Below, in pieces: positions 1 to 10,005 of a DNA stretch of 64,000 nt. The notes below the pieces were generated by a model. It searched no databases. It saw only the letters and a list, made by a program, of their open reading frames with translations, and was not told the DNA's origin. The stretch comes from Thermococcus sp. (GTDB taxonomy: Archaea; Methanobacteriota_B; Thermococci; Thermococcales; Thermococcaceae). A program made the position numbers and the translations under genes. The stretch covers positions 21,003-85,002 of the forward strand of contig NZ_JALSLB010000059.1 in NCBI RefSeq assembly GCF_026988555.1, written 5' to 3'. How positions within the stretch are numbered: position 1 is the first letter of the stretch; each line of letters starts with the position of its first letter.

Positions 1-600
1 CAAAAAATTCACCTGGTTGAGGACAGGAAGGGCCTCGTCCGATACAGGAGGGGCAACATCGAACGGCTCATAAAAGGGGATGGAGAGGTACTCAAACTGC
101 TCCCCGCCCCTGCTGTGGGCTACGGTGTGTCCCTGCTTATGGTAAAGCTGAGGGAGAGAATAGTGGTTCCGCCGAAGGGCTCCTTCCAGGGTTTTCTAGA
201 TGTGCCGGTGGAGATAGACGTCGAGATAGGGAACCTATCCATAGACCATTTTATCGTCGGCAGGGAAAAATACGCACTCTATGGAACTATAGAGAACGGG
301 AAGATAGCCCGATACCACGTGGGACCATTTTACGTGGATGAACCCGAGGCAATGGGCATTGCAAAGGTCATCCTCTCTAACCCAACGAAGGAATGGAAGG
401 GCCTGGACAGGATCATTTTCCCCATAAGGGGAAGCACGATGTACTACAAGGGGAACAGGGCGTATTATCCACTCATCTTAATCACGTTGAAGGATCATTT
501 TCCAGAGGTCAACAACACGGGGAAGGCCCCTGTTGAGGGGGCGGTTAGGGTCGGAAGCGGGGAGCCCCTGCCCAACTTCAGGATGAGGTGGGAGGGATGA
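1..600 (+). CDS. Hypothetical protein, 5'-partial (frame open to the window edge)
   Basis: Frame 1 has no stop from nt 1, so the GTG at 115 in the ORF track is probably internal. The stop TGA overlaps the next gene's ATG (ATGA at 597-600). It may belong to an archaeal DUF family, but I cannot name one with certainty. Confidence 0.5.
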   Translation, partial: QKIHLVEDRKGLVRYRRGNIERLIKGDGEVLKLLPAPAVGYGVSLLMVKLRERIVVPPKGSFQGFLDVPVEIDVEIGNLSIDHFIVGREKYALYGTIENGKIARYHVGPFYVDEPEAMGIAKVILSNPTKEWKGLDRIIFPIRGSTMYYKGNRAYYPLILITLKDHFPEVNNTGKAPVEGAVRVGSGEPLPNFRMRWEG

Positions 601-1694
601 TCGACATAAACGCGTCGGGGAACGTAACGATCGGCTTCGGTCCAACGAACGTCACCATGAGCGTGGGGAACATAATAACGGCTATCGCTGTTTTCATCGT
701 GGGATTCCTGATCGCAAAGGTAGTGAAGCACTACATCCTGACGCTCTCCAAGAGCACCAAATACGTGTGGGTGCTCAACGAAGACACCGCAAGGACGTTT
801 TACAACATGATCGTTATCATCTCCGCATTCTACGCCCTTCACGTACTCGGCGTCCTGTCCTACAAAGTGAGCGGAACCTCCCTCAGCGATATCTTCACGG
901 CGCTGACGGTCTTCTACTTCTCGTACCTACTCGCCAAGAAATCCAAAGATTACATGGTGATGAGGGCCCCGAAGGAGAAGCTTAACGAGATGCAGGTCAA
1001 AGCAAAACTCTTCTACTACACCGTAGTTACTATAGCGTTCTTTCTCGCGCTCAACATAGCTGGACTCAGTGGCAGGCTCTCAACAATCATGGCAGCCGCG
1101 GGGATAACCGGTGTCGTCCTGGGTATAGCATCCCAGGCTGTCGTGGCCAACTTCCTCGCCGGTATTGCCATGTACTTTGACAAACCGCTCAGGATAGGGG
1201 ACGCGGTCAGGATAGGCAACGTTGAGGGGATAGTCCATGACATAAGGATCCTGTCAACCAGGATAAGGGCCTGGGACGGCACCCTAGTCCGTGTCCCCAA
1301 TGAGAAGCTATTCAACAGTGAGATAGTGAACCTCCAGAAGTACCCTGCTAGAAGGGCCGAGCTAACACTGGGGATAGCCTACAGGGAGGACGCCCAAAGG
1401 GCCATAGATATCATAATGAAGGTTCTCGACGAAGAACCGTACGTCCTTGCAGTACCCGAGCCAAGGGCCTACGTTGAGGAGCTGGGGGATAGCGCGGTCA
1501 ACATCAGGGTATGGGCCTGGGTGCCGAGTTCACTCTGGAGGGGTCAGAACCTCTTAAGGGCGGAGTACGGCCTCCTCCAGAAGATCAGGGACGCTCTCAA
1601 ACGGGAAGGCATTGAAATCCCGTTCCCGCAGCGCGTCAACTGGTTCGCCGAGCCCCTCAGGATAAAGTTTACGGATGACGAACAGGAGAGCTGA
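597..1694 (+). CDS. Small-conductance mechanosensitive channel (MscS family)
   Basis: N-terminal TM helices are followed by the MscS beta-domain signature PLRIGDAVRIGNVEGIVHDIRILSTRIRAWDGTLVRVPNEKLFNSEIVNL. The ATG at 597 follows GGTGGGAGGG and overlaps the upstream stop. The track start at 588 (GTG) lies inside that RBS. Confidence 0.85.
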   Translation: MIDINASGNVTIGFGPTNVTMSVGNIITAIAVFIVGFLIAKVVKHYILTLSKSTKYVWVLNEDTARTFYNMIVIISAFYALHVLGVLSYKVSGTSLSDIFTALTVFYFSYLLAKKSKDYMVMRAPKEKLNEMQVKAKLFYYTVVTIAFFLALNIAGLSGRLSTIMAAAGITGVVLGIASQAVVANFLAGIAMYFDKPLRIGDAVRIGNVEGIVHDIRILSTRIRAWDGTLVRVPNEKLFNSEIVNLQKYPARRAELTLGIAYREDAQRAIDIIMKVLDEEPYVLAVPEPRAYVEELGDSAVNIRVWAWVPSSLWRGQNLLRAEYGLLQKIRDALKREGIEIPFPQRVNWFAEPLRIKFTDDEQES

Positions 1695-1785
1695 GTCTCC
1701 ATTCCCTTTGAACCTCCGGGGCAACTTTATAAGCTGAAGGAAAAACTTTTAGTAATTCCCGTTCAGCTAGAGGTGGTGGTTAAGG

Positions 1786-3666
1786 ATGAGAATGCTTCTG
1801 ATACACTCGGACTACCTTGAGTACGAGGTCAAGGATAAAGCCCTGAAGAACCCGGAGCCGATAGGCGAGGAACAGAAGAAAGGTAGACTCGAGGAGGTCC
1901 TGGCGGTTTTCATGAGCGTTGAGAAGGCCGACGAGACCAACCCCGACGAGATCGTCGAGAAGGCAGTTATTGAGATCAAGGACGTTGCTTCACAGGTAAA
2001 GGCCGACAGGATATTCGTTTACCCCTTCGCCCACCTGAGCAGCGAGCTGGCGAAGCCAGATGTCGCACTCAAGGTTCTCCAGAGGATCGAGGAAAGACTC
2101 AGGGAGGAGAGCTTTGAGGTAAAGCGCGCGCCCTTCGGCTACTACAAGGCCTTCAAGCTCTCCTGTAAGGGCCACCCGCTGGCCGAGCTCAGCAGGACGA
2201 TAGTCCCGAACGGCGAGGCGGTTTTAAAGGAGGAGCGCAACATCGCCCTTGAGAAGGAGGAGGAGCTGAAGAGCTACTGGTACGTGCTCACGCCGGAGGG
2301 TGAGCTGGTCGAGGTCGAGAAGTTCGACTTCACCGGGCACGAGAACCTCAGGAAGTTCGCCAATTACGAGATAAGTAAGAACAGGATAGCCGACAGGGAG
2401 CCGCCGCACGTCAGGTTCATGCTCGAGCACGAGCTGGTTGATTACGAACCGGGAAGCGACGGAGGCAACCTCCGGTATTACCCCAAGGGAAGGCTCATCA
2501 AGGGTCTCCTCGAGCAGTACGTCACCGAAAAGGTCATAGAGTACGGCGCCATGGAGGTCGAGACGCCGATTATGTACGACTTCGAGCATCCGGCGCTCGA
2601 GAAGTACCTCAACCGCTTCCCGGCGAGGCAGTACGTCGTCAAGAGCGGCGACAAGAAGTTCTTCCTCCGCTTCGCTGCCTGCTTCGGCCAGTTCCTCATA
2701 AAGAAGGACGCCACGATAAGCTACCGCAACCTGCCGCTCAGGATGTACGAGCTTACCCGTTACTCCTTCAGGCGCGAGAAGAGCGGTGAGCTTTCCGGCC
2801 TCAGGAGGCTCAGGGCTTTCACGATGCCAGATATGCACACCGTCGCCAAAGACCTCAAGCAGGCCATGGACGAGTTCAAGAAGCAGTACAAACTCAGCAT
2901 GGAGGTTCTTAGGGGCGTTGGGCTAACACCGGAGGACTATGAAGTAGCAATAAGGTTCACACGCGATTTCTGGGAGGAGAACAGGGACTTCGTGATCGGA
3001 CTGACGAACATAATAGGCAAGCCGGTGCTCATCGAGATGTGGGACCAGAGGTTCTTCTACTTCATCCTCAAGTTCGAGTTCAACTTCGTTGACAACCTCG
3101 ACAAGGCGGCTGCGCTGAGCACCGTCCAGATCGACGTCGAGAACGCGGAGCGCTTCGGCATAACCTACTACAACGAGGAGGGTAAGGAGGAGTACCCTCT
3201 CATACTCCACTGCTCACCGAGCGGAGCAATCGAGCGCGTTATGTACGCCATCCTAGAGAAGCAGGCCAAGCTCCAGGCGAAGGGCGTAAAACCGAGCTTC
3301 CCGCTCTGGCTCAGCCCGATACAGGTCCGCGTCATTCCGGTGGGCGAGGACGTCATGGACTACGCACTCTACGTTGCGGGAAAGCTTGAAGGTGCAAAGA
3401 TTCGCGTTGACGTTGACGACACCAACGACAGGCTCAACAAGAAGATAAGGAAGGCCGAGAAGGAGTGGATTCCCTACATCGTCGTCGTTGGCAGGAACGA
3501 GAAGGAGCAGAACACCGTCACCGTCAGGAGAAGGAGCGGCGGAAGGCAAGTAGAGATGCAGCTCGAGGATCTCATCAAAGAGATAAAGGGTCAGATCGAG
3601 GGCTTCCCGTACAGACCGAGGCCTCTGCCGCTGCTCCTCAGCAGAAGACCCAGGTTCAGGGGCTGA
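1786..3666 (+). CDS. thrS: Threonine--tRNA ligase, archaeal type with N-terminal DTD-like editing domain
   Basis: 626 aa. The N-terminus [15 protein letters not shown] is typical of the archaeal ThrRS editing domain. The class II core ([24 protein letters not shown]) and a C-terminal anticodon-binding domain are present. RBS GGTGGTGG lies upstream. Confidence 0.95.
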   Translation: MRMLLIHSDYLEYEVKDKALKNPEPIGEEQKKGRLEEVLAVFMSVEKADETNPDEIVEKAVIEIKDVASQVKADRIFVYPFAHLSSELAKPDVALKVLQRIEERLREESFEVKRAPFGYYKAFKLSCKGHPLAELSRTIVPNGEAVLKEERNIALEKEEELKSYWYVLTPEGELVEVEKFDFTGHENLRKFANYEISKNRIADREPPHVRFMLEHELVDYEPGSDGGNLRYYPKGRLIKGLLEQYVTEKVIEYGAMEVETPIMYDFEHPALEKYLNRFPARQYVVKSGDKKFFLRFAACFGQFLIKKDATISYRNLPLRMYELTRYSFRREKSGELSGLRRLRAFTMPDMHTVAKDLKQAMDEFKKQYKLSMEVLRGVGLTPEDYEVAIRFTRDFWEENRDFVIGLTNIIGKPVLIEMWDQRFFYFILKFEFNFVDNLDKAAALSTVQIDVENAERFGITYYNEEGKEEYPLILHCSPSGAIERVMYAILEKQAKLQAKGVKPSFPLWLSPIQVRVIPVGEDVMDYALYVAGKLEGAKIRVDVDDTNDRLNKKIRKAEKEWIPYIVVVGRNEKEQNTVTVRRRSGGRQVEMQLEDLIKEIKGQIEGFPYRPRPLPLLLSRRPRFRG

Positions 3667-4387
3667 GCTTTTTCACCTTCAGCTTTTCTATTCCCTCGCT
3701 TTTGGTTGTGTGGAGGGAGTACATCGCTGGCTCAAAATCCTTGTAAGGTGCCCTCAAAAGGTAAACCCTTTCCCTAATGCCGTTATCCTCAAGTTTCGAG
3801 TCAGATAAGAGCACATAGTCACTTATCCCAACAACCCAAGCCCGGAATTTGGTGGAGACAACGTCCATGTTGAGTCCTAGAATGAGGATAGAACCAGGCA
3901 GTTGGAGGCTCCTTAAAGCCAGTGTGTGGTTGAGCAGTCTCAGAGTGCTGTCCTCACCAAGAAGAAGTGCCGCCCCGTCCAGGGTGTGTATCAAACGCAC
4001 GACGCAGTGCCCAGTGAGCAGCTCCCGCAGGGGGCCGTAGTATATGCGGTCAATTTTTGGATTGAGGGTCTCGGGTTCCACCTTGTCCAGGTAAAAAACG
4101 TTGTGGATGTTCTCCCGTGCCGTCTGGTACCTGGAATCGAAAGTATCGATGATGGCGAGTCTGTTCTCCTCCAGTGCCTCCCTCACGTTAAAACCAGTCA
4201 CACCAACGTGCCGTACCAAGCCGGAAAACGGGAGGTTATAATTGGAGATAACACCAAAACATCCCCTATCCAGCTCCCTATTCAGAAGCATAAAGGGAAT
4301 CTGCCAGGCCGACGAGTAAGAATCGTAGATGACGCTGACCACCGAACCCGGGAGGAGGGCTTCCTCAAATATGTCGACTGCCCTCAT
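3656..4387 (-). CDS. Hypothetical protein, possibly a P-loop-less RecA/KaiC-like fold (DUF257-like, from memory)
   Basis: 243 aa with RBS GGTGAGGG before the ATG. The N-terminus [19 protein letters not shown] sits where KaiC/RecA-like ATPases carry GxxGxGKT, but there is no Walker A. Codon usage looks native. Confidence 0.55.
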   Translation of the reverse strand: MRAVDIFEEALLPGSVVSVIYDSYSSAWQIPFMLLNRELDRGCFGVISNYNLPFSGLVRHVGVTGFNVREALEENRLAIIDTFDSRYQTARENIHNVFYLDKVEPETLNPKIDRIYYGPLRELLTGHCVVRLIHTLDGAALLLGEDSTLRLLNHTLALRSLQLPGSILILGLNMDVVSTKFRAWVVGISDYVLLSDSKLEDNGIRERVYLLRAPYKDFEPAMYSLHTTKSEGIEKLKVKKLSP

Positions 4388-4416
4388 CTAACCCTCACCC
4401 CCGAGGCGTAAAGCGT

Positions 4417-5085
4417 TCAGCTAGAACCCGAAAAAACTTCGTTCAGGAATTCCAGGCCCTCCCCACTGAACCGACTCTTTGGAACCTCATCCCCGACACT
4501 GTCGTAAATCTTACCGTCCCGGAAGTTGATCTCAAAGACCTCATAGCGTTCCTCGCTCTTTTCGTGGTGCTTGATCCCGTGGTCTTTGAGGTGCCTCTCG
4601 AGGGAATCGATATCCACGTACTTCCCGCACTCCTCGCATTTGTAGAACTGCCACAGGATGTAGTCCCTGCCCGCGAGCATGTTGCTCTTTATGTGGTTTA
4701 TGAGCGCGCCCCCGAGGTACTCGTAGAAGTCCTCCTGCACGAGCTTCCCGTCCCTCTCAACGACCTTAAACCCGCTCCACACGACGTGGTCGTTTATATC
4801 GGCAAGGGTGGCCTTGATATAGCGATATGTGAGTATGAAGGCGCCGTTGTGGACGTAAAATACGCTCTTATCCGGAACCGCTATGATGTGAATACCGCCC
4901 ACGTCGTTACCGGCCAGCTTCTCGGCATGCTCCTTGTTGTCGGCGACGTCTATAACAACGTTTACGTTGCTCTTCTTATGAATCCCGAGTATGCGGTCAT
5001 CCCTGAGCTCCCAGTGATAATCGTCCAGGTACCTTACCTGAGCGTACACCCTCTTTATCCGCGGGGCAAGCTCCTCGTATCTCAT
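4417..5085 (-). CDS. Hypothetical protein with a C2H2-type zinc-finger motif
   Basis: 222 aa. It carries a C-x2-C-x12-H-x4-H motif ([23 protein letters not shown]). A TATA-like GATTTATTAAG lies about 35 nt upstream on the minus strand. Confidence 0.65.
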   Translation of the reverse strand: MRYEELAPRIKRVYAQVRYLDDYHWELRDDRILGIHKKSNVNVVIDVADNKEHAEKLAGNDVGGIHIIAVPDKSVFYVHNGAFILTYRYIKATLADINDHVVWSGFKVVERDGKLVQEDFYEYLGGALINHIKSNMLAGRDYILWQFYKCEECGKYVDIDSLERHLKDHGIKHHEKSEERYEVFEINFRDGKIYDSVGDEVPKSRFSGEGLEFLNEVFSGSS

Positions 5086-5160
5086 TGAACACCACCACTG
5101 AAGGGTTAACGACGAACTTAATAAATCTTAGCGGAAAAGTTTAAAAGGGCCCCCAAGCCC

Positions 5161-5958
5161 CTAACGTCCAAAACGGCGCTGCCTTCTCTGGTACTCCCGG
5201 ATTATCCTCAAGAAATCTATTTTTCTGAACTCAGGGAAGTAGACATCTACAAAGAAAAGCTCACTGTACGCGATCTGATACAGAAGAAAATTGCTTATAC
5301 GGATCTCGCCGCCAGTTCGTATCACTATATCAGGGTCGGGCATGCCGGGGTAGTACAGGTACCTCTTGACGAGATCCTCGTCCACGTCCTCCGGTCTCAG
5401 CCTGCCGCCCAGAACGTCTTGAACGATGTCCCTGATGGCGTCCGTTATCTCGCTCCTGCCACCGTACGCCAGTGCTATGTTAAGAGTGTAGTTGGAGTAC
5501 CCCCTGGTGGCCCTCTCCGCATCCTCCGCAGCTTTTCTAACCCTATCCGGCAGAAGCTCCTTCCTCCCGAGTACGTTCACCCGCACCCCGTATTTGTGGA
5601 TCCTCTCGTCATCCACCAGTTCCCTGAACTTCTGCTCAAAGAGGTTCATCAAGGCGTTAACTTCTTCAGGGGAGCGCTTAAAGTTCTCTGTGGAGAAAGC
5701 GTACACGGTGAGGGTTCCTATCCCTAGCTCACGGCACCACTCCATTATCTCCTCCAGCTTGTTGGACCCGAACAGGTGACCGTACCACGGAGGCTTCTCA
5801 AGTTTTTTGGCCCACCTCCTGTTGCCGTCCATTATTATGGCAACGTGACGGGGAAGGTTTCCGGATTTCACCTTGCCCAGGAGATAGTCCTCGTAAACAT
5901 CATATAGGGGCTTAAATAGGATATGGGGGATTTTGGAGACGATCCTGTAAAACATCAT
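5161..5958 (-). CDS. uppS: cis-Prenyltransferase (undecaprenyl/dolichyl diphosphate synthase family)
   Basis: 265 aa with the UPPS family motif HVAIIMDGNRRWAKK and the C-terminal RTGGEIRISNFLLYQ...E motif. Confidence 0.9.
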   Translation of the reverse strand: MMFYRIVSKIPHILFKPLYDVYEDYLLGKVKSGNLPRHVAIIMDGNRRWAKKLEKPPWYGHLFGSNKLEEIMEWCRELGIGTLTVYAFSTENFKRSPEEVNALMNLFEQKFRELVDDERIHKYGVRVNVLGRKELLPDRVRKAAEDAERATRGYSNYTLNIALAYGGRSEITDAIRDIVQDVLGGRLRPEDVDEDLVKRYLYYPGMPDPDIVIRTGGEIRISNFLLYQIAYSELFFVDVYFPEFRKIDFLRIIREYQRRQRRFGR

Positions 5959-5965
5959 CCATCAC

Positions 5966-6487
5966 TCAGAGTTTTCTCCTCGCCGCAAGGTGCTTCTCGG
6001 CGAGCTCCATGTAAATCTCGGCGTTCCTCTTCGTCCACTCAATCTCCTCCTCGTTGAGCTGTCTAATGACTTTGCCTGGAACGCCGACAACGAGGCTGTA
6101 GTCGGGTATCTCTTTGCCCGGTGGAACAAGGGCCCCAGCACCTATAACGACGTGCCTCCCTATCCTGGCCCCGTCGAGAATTATCGCCCCCATTCCTATT
6201 ATGGTGTAGTCACCGATTTGGGCGCCGTGAACGACCGCGTTGTGCCCGATGGTAACGTACCTACCAACTATGGTGGGTTGGCCATGTGATGTGTGTATAC
6301 TGACGTTGTCCTGGACGTTAGAGCAGGGGCCAATGTAGATCCGCTCTATGTCCCCTCTGAGAACGGCGCTTGGCCAGACGCTCGTCTTCTCCTCAAGGAC
6401 GACGTCGCCTATTATTGAAGCCAGTTCATCAACGTAAGCACTCTCGTGAATCTCGGGTTTTTTATCATCAAGCGCGTATACCGCCAT
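5966..6487 (-). CDS. Gamma-class carbonic anhydrase-like / hexapeptide-repeat (LbH) protein
   Basis: Left-handed beta-helix hexapeptide repeats with the His pattern of the gamma-CA/PaaY/YrdA family (SIHTSHG...GHNAVVHG). The ATG at 6487 follows GGTGAT. The track GTG at 6496 lies within that RBS. Confidence 0.85.
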   Translation of the reverse strand: MAVYALDDKKPEIHESAYVDELASIIGDVVLEEKTSVWPSAVLRGDIERIYIGPCSNVQDNVSIHTSHGQPTIVGRYVTIGHNAVVHGAQIGDYTIIGMGAIILDGARIGRHVVIGAGALVPPGKEIPDYSLVVGVPGKVIRQLNEEEIEWTKRNAEIYMELAEKHLAARRKL

Positions 6488-6558
6488 GCGTATCACCGGG
6501 GGTAACTTTCCGACAGAACTTATAAACCTAACCGGACAAGATAGTGTGAGGGAAGTGA

Positions 6559-6960
6559 ATGAGGTACAGAAGGGGCGCCAGTGCTGAACGGGAACTGATT
6601 AAAATGCTGGAAAAAAAGGGGTTTGCCGTGATCAGATCCGCCGGCAGTAAAAAGGTGGACATAATCGCGGGGAGGAGGGGACGGTACCTCTGTATAGAGG
6701 TCAAGAGCACTCACGAAGACCGGCTCTACTTCTCAAGGGAGGACTACGAAAAGCTGACCTCCTTCGCAGGACTCTTCGGTGGAAAGGCGGTTATAGCGGT
6801 CAAGTTCGTAGGTAGAGGGTGGAGGTTTTTCTATCCCGAGGACCTCTCCAACGGAGGCAAAAACTATAAGCTCGACGTCAGAGAAAAGAAATACCGGAGG
6901 TTCGAGGAGGTGATAGGCCTCCAGGCCTCCCTCGATGGGGTGATAAACCGTGAAGGTTAA
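6559..6960 (+). CDS. hjc: Holliday junction resolvase Hjc
   Basis: 133 aa. The sequence RGASAERELIKMLEKKGFAVIRSAGSKKVDIIAG...YLCIEVKST carries the Hjc nuclease motif (E...D...EVK). TATA AACTTATAAACC at 6518-6530. Confidence 0.9.
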   Translation: MRYRRGASAERELIKMLEKKGFAVIRSAGSKKVDIIAGRRGRYLCIEVKSTHEDRLYFSREDYEKLTSFAGLFGGKAVIAVKFVGRGWRFFYPEDLSNGGKNYKLDVREKKYRRFEEVIGLQASLDGVINREG

Positions 6961-8521
6961 GGCCGTGATAATAATCCTCCTGCTGATCCCGCTTTTCCTG
7001 CCCGGAGCGGCGGCTCAGTCACCGATCGTAATAAAGGCCCTTGCCGATAAAGTCTCCGGAAATCCAGGGGACGTTGTGAAGATTCCCTTCCAGCTCGTAA
7101 ACCTCGGCAACACAAACGTCTCCAACATAACCGTGTACGTTACTGGGCCCTCAGTGGGGTTTCTCTACGAGACAAAGGTAATCCCCGGACCAATAAAACC
7201 CAACGAGAGTGTAACGGGCATCATCACAGTCCAGATATCCAACTTAAATCCCGTGAGCCCGGGCGACTACACACTGAAGCTGGTCGCCCAGAGCAACACC
7301 AGCTACTCGGAAACGGAGGTCACGCTCCACGTGGGGACGTACGTGAACTTTGATCTTTCGATAGACGTTGGAAAACGGTACATATACGGCAACAACGTCA
7401 CCGCCCTCCTGAAGATAACCTCAAGGTCAAACGGCGTGGTGATAGGGCGCATAGGCTACACCCTGTACCTGAACGATACGGTTCTTCAGAGCGTTGAAAC
7501 CGTGATATTCCTCCGTCCTGGAGAGAGCTGGTACAAGACCCTCAATTTGAGGAAGCCGGCCGTTGGGCACTACACCCTGCGTCTGTGGGCAAACTTCGGC
7601 GGTCACTCCAAAAGCACCACCGCCGATTTCCTCGTGTACCAGAGACGGCTAAACTATCTGGCGTACTTTGAAAACGGCGCCATCCATGTGGTGGTAACTG
7701 ACAAAAACGGCAACGGCGTTGGGGGGATAACCGTCAAAGTGGCCCGTGCCGGCAGTGGAAAATCCTCAATCCTCGTCACGGCCCCGGACGGAACCGCTAC
7801 GTACCCGGTGGAGACGGCAGGACTTTACCAGCTGACCATCAACCTCGATGGGAAGGTGGTCGTGGACGTGATCACCGTCCGTCAGCTGGCCCTGGACGTC
7901 AGTCAGAACGGGAAAGAACTCTGGGTTAGAGTTAGGGGACCCGAAAAACCTGTTCCTAACATAACAGTCACCGTGTCCGGTCCGCTTGGAAAAAACTACG
8001 CTGTAACAAACTCCAGTGGTGAAGCCGTTATAGACCTCACAAGCGTTGGTTACGGCAGTCTGCTTATATCGGCGGAGAGCACCCAGTACCTGAGCACTCA
8101 CACGACGTTCAACGCTATACCCCCGGTCACGTCCACTCCATCGCCCACCCCAACCAGCAGCACCCCACAGCCAAAACCCAACATCACCCTATCCCCAGCG
8201 AGCCCCCGAAAAAGCGGACAAAGCGGCGTGGGGCACCTGGGTCTTCTATTGATAATCTCAGCAGTAATACTGGCCGGGACATCCTACGTGGCGTTCTTCA
8301 TGCCCACGGTTCACGAAGAGGAGCTCGATCGTCATTATTTTGTAAAGGTGCGCTCCCCTCACCTTAGAGGTCTTAAGAACTTCAGGTACGAGAGGGGAAT
8401 AAGCGCCGTGGAGGCCAAGGCCACCAAGGGCAAAGTCTCCATCAACGACGGAAGGGTTGTGTGGGAGATCAAGAACCTGGAGCCCGGTGAGGAAGCCTAC
8501 CTGCAGATACGGCTTGGATGA
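6950..8521 (+). CDS. Cell-surface protein with Ig-like / carboxypeptidase-regulatory-like beta-sandwich repeats, a C-terminal TM anchor and a short tail
   Basis: The GTG start overlaps the hjc end. It has a signal peptide (MKVKAVIIILLLIPLFLPGAAAQ) and repeated beta-sandwich-like segments (GITVKVARAG...PDGTATYPVETAGLYQLTI; NITVTVSGPLGKNYAVTNSSGEAVIDL). A Thr/Pro/Ser linker (PPVTSTPSPTPTSSTPQPKP) precedes a TM helix (LGLLLIISAVILAGTSYVAFF) and a ~75 aa tail. Confidence 0.7.
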   Translation: MKVKAVIIILLLIPLFLPGAAAQSPIVIKALADKVSGNPGDVVKIPFQLVNLGNTNVSNITVYVTGPSVGFLYETKVIPGPIKPNESVTGIITVQISNLNPVSPGDYTLKLVAQSNTSYSETEVTLHVGTYVNFDLSIDVGKRYIYGNNVTALLKITSRSNGVVIGRIGYTLYLNDTVLQSVETVIFLRPGESWYKTLNLRKPAVGHYTLRLWANFGGHSKSTTADFLVYQRRLNYLAYFENGAIHVVVTDKNGNGVGGITVKVARAGSGKSSILVTAPDGTATYPVETAGLYQLTINLDGKVVVDVITVRQLALDVSQNGKELWVRVRGPEKPVPNITVTVSGPLGKNYAVTNSSGEAVIDLTSVGYGSLLISAESTQYLSTHTTFNAIPPVTSTPSPTPTSSTPQPKPNITLSPASPRKSGQSGVGHLGLLLIISAVILAGTSYVAFFMPTVHEEELDRHYFVKVRSPHLRGLKNFRYERGISAVEAKATKGKVSINDGRVVWEIKNLEPGEEAYLQIRLG

Positions 8522-8647
8522 CCTTTCTTTTTTCAACAGAACGTCCTCGTTCAACTTTTTAGGCCGTTTCGATGAAGGCTGTGACCCAGCAAACCTTTTA
8601 AGGGTGTGACTGTACATTGAGACTGAAATCTAAAGGAGGCGAGAGCC

Positions 8648-9685
8648 ATGGTGGATATAGAACTGCTCAAAAAAGTCGTTGAAGCCCCAGGCGTTTCTGG
8701 GTACGAGTTCCTTGGAATACGGGACGTCGTTATCGAGGCCTTAAAGGACTACGTGGACGAGGTTTATGTTGACAAGCTCGGCAACGTCATAGCCCACAAA
8801 AAGGGCAACGGACCGAAGATAATGATAGCCGCCCACATGGACAAAATAGGTGTCATGGTAAACCACATAGACAAGGAGGGTTACCTCCACCTCGTCCCCA
8901 TCGGCGGTGTTGACCCAAGAACCCTCGTAGCCCAGAAAGTGCGGTTTTTCACGGAGAAGGGCGAGCGCTACGGTGTCGTTGGCCATATACCCCCACACAT
9001 TCAGAAGCCAGAGGACAGGAAGAAGGCCGCGGACTGGGATACTATAGTCGTTGACGTTGGCGCCGACAGCAAGGAGGAAGCCGAAGGAATGGGCTTCCGC
9101 GTTGGAACCGTCGGAGAGTTCGCCCCGGCCTTTGTCCAGCTCAACGAGAACCGCATTGCCAGCCCATATCTGGACGACCGTATCTGCCTTTACACCCTGA
9201 TAGAGGCCGCCAGGCGCGTTGAAGACCATGAAGCGGACATATACTTTGTCGCGAGCGTTCAGGAGGAAGTGGGCCTCCGCGGTGCGAGGGTCGCGAGCTA
9301 CGCTATAGAACCGGAGATAGGGATAGCCATGGACGTCACCTTCGCCAAGCAGGTCGGCGACAAGGGCAAGATAGTTCCGAAGCTCGGCGGCGGACCAGTC
9401 ATGGACGTCGGCCCGAACATCAACCCTAAGGTTCGCTCCTTCGCCGACGAAGTTGCTGGGAAGTACGGCATAGAGCTTCAGGTCGAGGCCAGTCCGAGAC
9501 CGACTGGAACCGACGCCAATATCATGCAGATAAACCGCGAGGGAGTCGCGACCGCCGTCCTGAGCGTCCCGATACGCTACATGCACAGCCAAGTCGAGAC
9601 GGCAGACCTTAGGGACGTCGAGAAGACCATTGAGTTCGCCAGACGCTTCCTCGAAGAGCTCCGCCCGATGGATCTCACCCCGTGA
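8648..9685 (+). CDS. M42 family metallo-aminopeptidase (TET / FrvX-type)
   Basis: 345 aa with RBS AAGGAGG. M42 motifs are present ([30 protein letters not shown] at the C-terminus). It resembles the Pyrococcus TET aminopeptidases. Confidence 0.9.
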   Translation: MVDIELLKKVVEAPGVSGYEFLGIRDVVIEALKDYVDEVYVDKLGNVIAHKKGNGPKIMIAAHMDKIGVMVNHIDKEGYLHLVPIGGVDPRTLVAQKVRFFTEKGERYGVVGHIPPHIQKPEDRKKAADWDTIVVDVGADSKEEAEGMGFRVGTVGEFAPAFVQLNENRIASPYLDDRICLYTLIEAARRVEDHEADIYFVASVQEEVGLRGARVASYAIEPEIGIAMDVTFAKQVGDKGKIVPKLGGGPVMDVGPNINPKVRSFADEVAGKYGIELQVEASPRPTGTDANIMQINREGVATAVLSVPIRYMHSQVETADLRDVEKTIEFARRFLEELRPMDLTP

Positions 9686-9781
9686 GTCACGTCCCAACCA
9701 TAGGTTCAATCCACACAACACGTCCCTACTTTCCCCTTTTTCGCGAAAACTTTATTTTGTTTTGCTCCCAGCTTATGTTCG

Positions 9782-9973
9782 GTGCAGGCCGTGGACGCTG
9801 GGTACATCAACGAAAGTACCAAACTCCGGGATATAGCAACACTACGTTCTGAGGGGATCTTCCACAGATTTGGGTTGCCATATTGTTCGAACGCTCGTTG
9901 CGTGATGCACTTCTCAAACTCAGTCCTCAATACCGGCATGAAAGGGCCTTCACTACCGCGAGAGTTGTTTTAG
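9782..9973 (+). pseudogene. Archaemetzincin (AmzA) C-terminal relic
   Basis: The 63-aa ORF ends ...SEGIFHRFGLPYCSNARCVMHFSNSVLNTGMKGPSLPRELF. This fits the archaemetzincin signature H-x2-G-x3-C-x4-C-x-M-x17. The first His of HExxH is missing or shifted, the terminal CxxC is replaced by RELF-stop, and about 100 N-terminal residues have no coding counterpart upstream. Confidence 0.5.
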
Positions 9974-10005
9974 AAGGTTAAAACGAAATATGGAGGTGTG
10001 CTCAT

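Noticed and set aside
8741-9721. Long antisense ORFs opposite well-supported genes. Examples: 326 aa opposite the M42 peptidase, 445 aa at 45047..46384 opposite pckG, 340 aa at 38604..39626 opposite gltX, 309 aa at 36997..37926 opposite dnaG, and 204 aa at 2224..2838 opposite thrS.
   Set aside because: Their translations are low-complexity (V/L/R/G/P-rich) with no motifs. Each lies fully inside a gene with strong family signatures. Open antisense frames are expected for genes with this codon bias.
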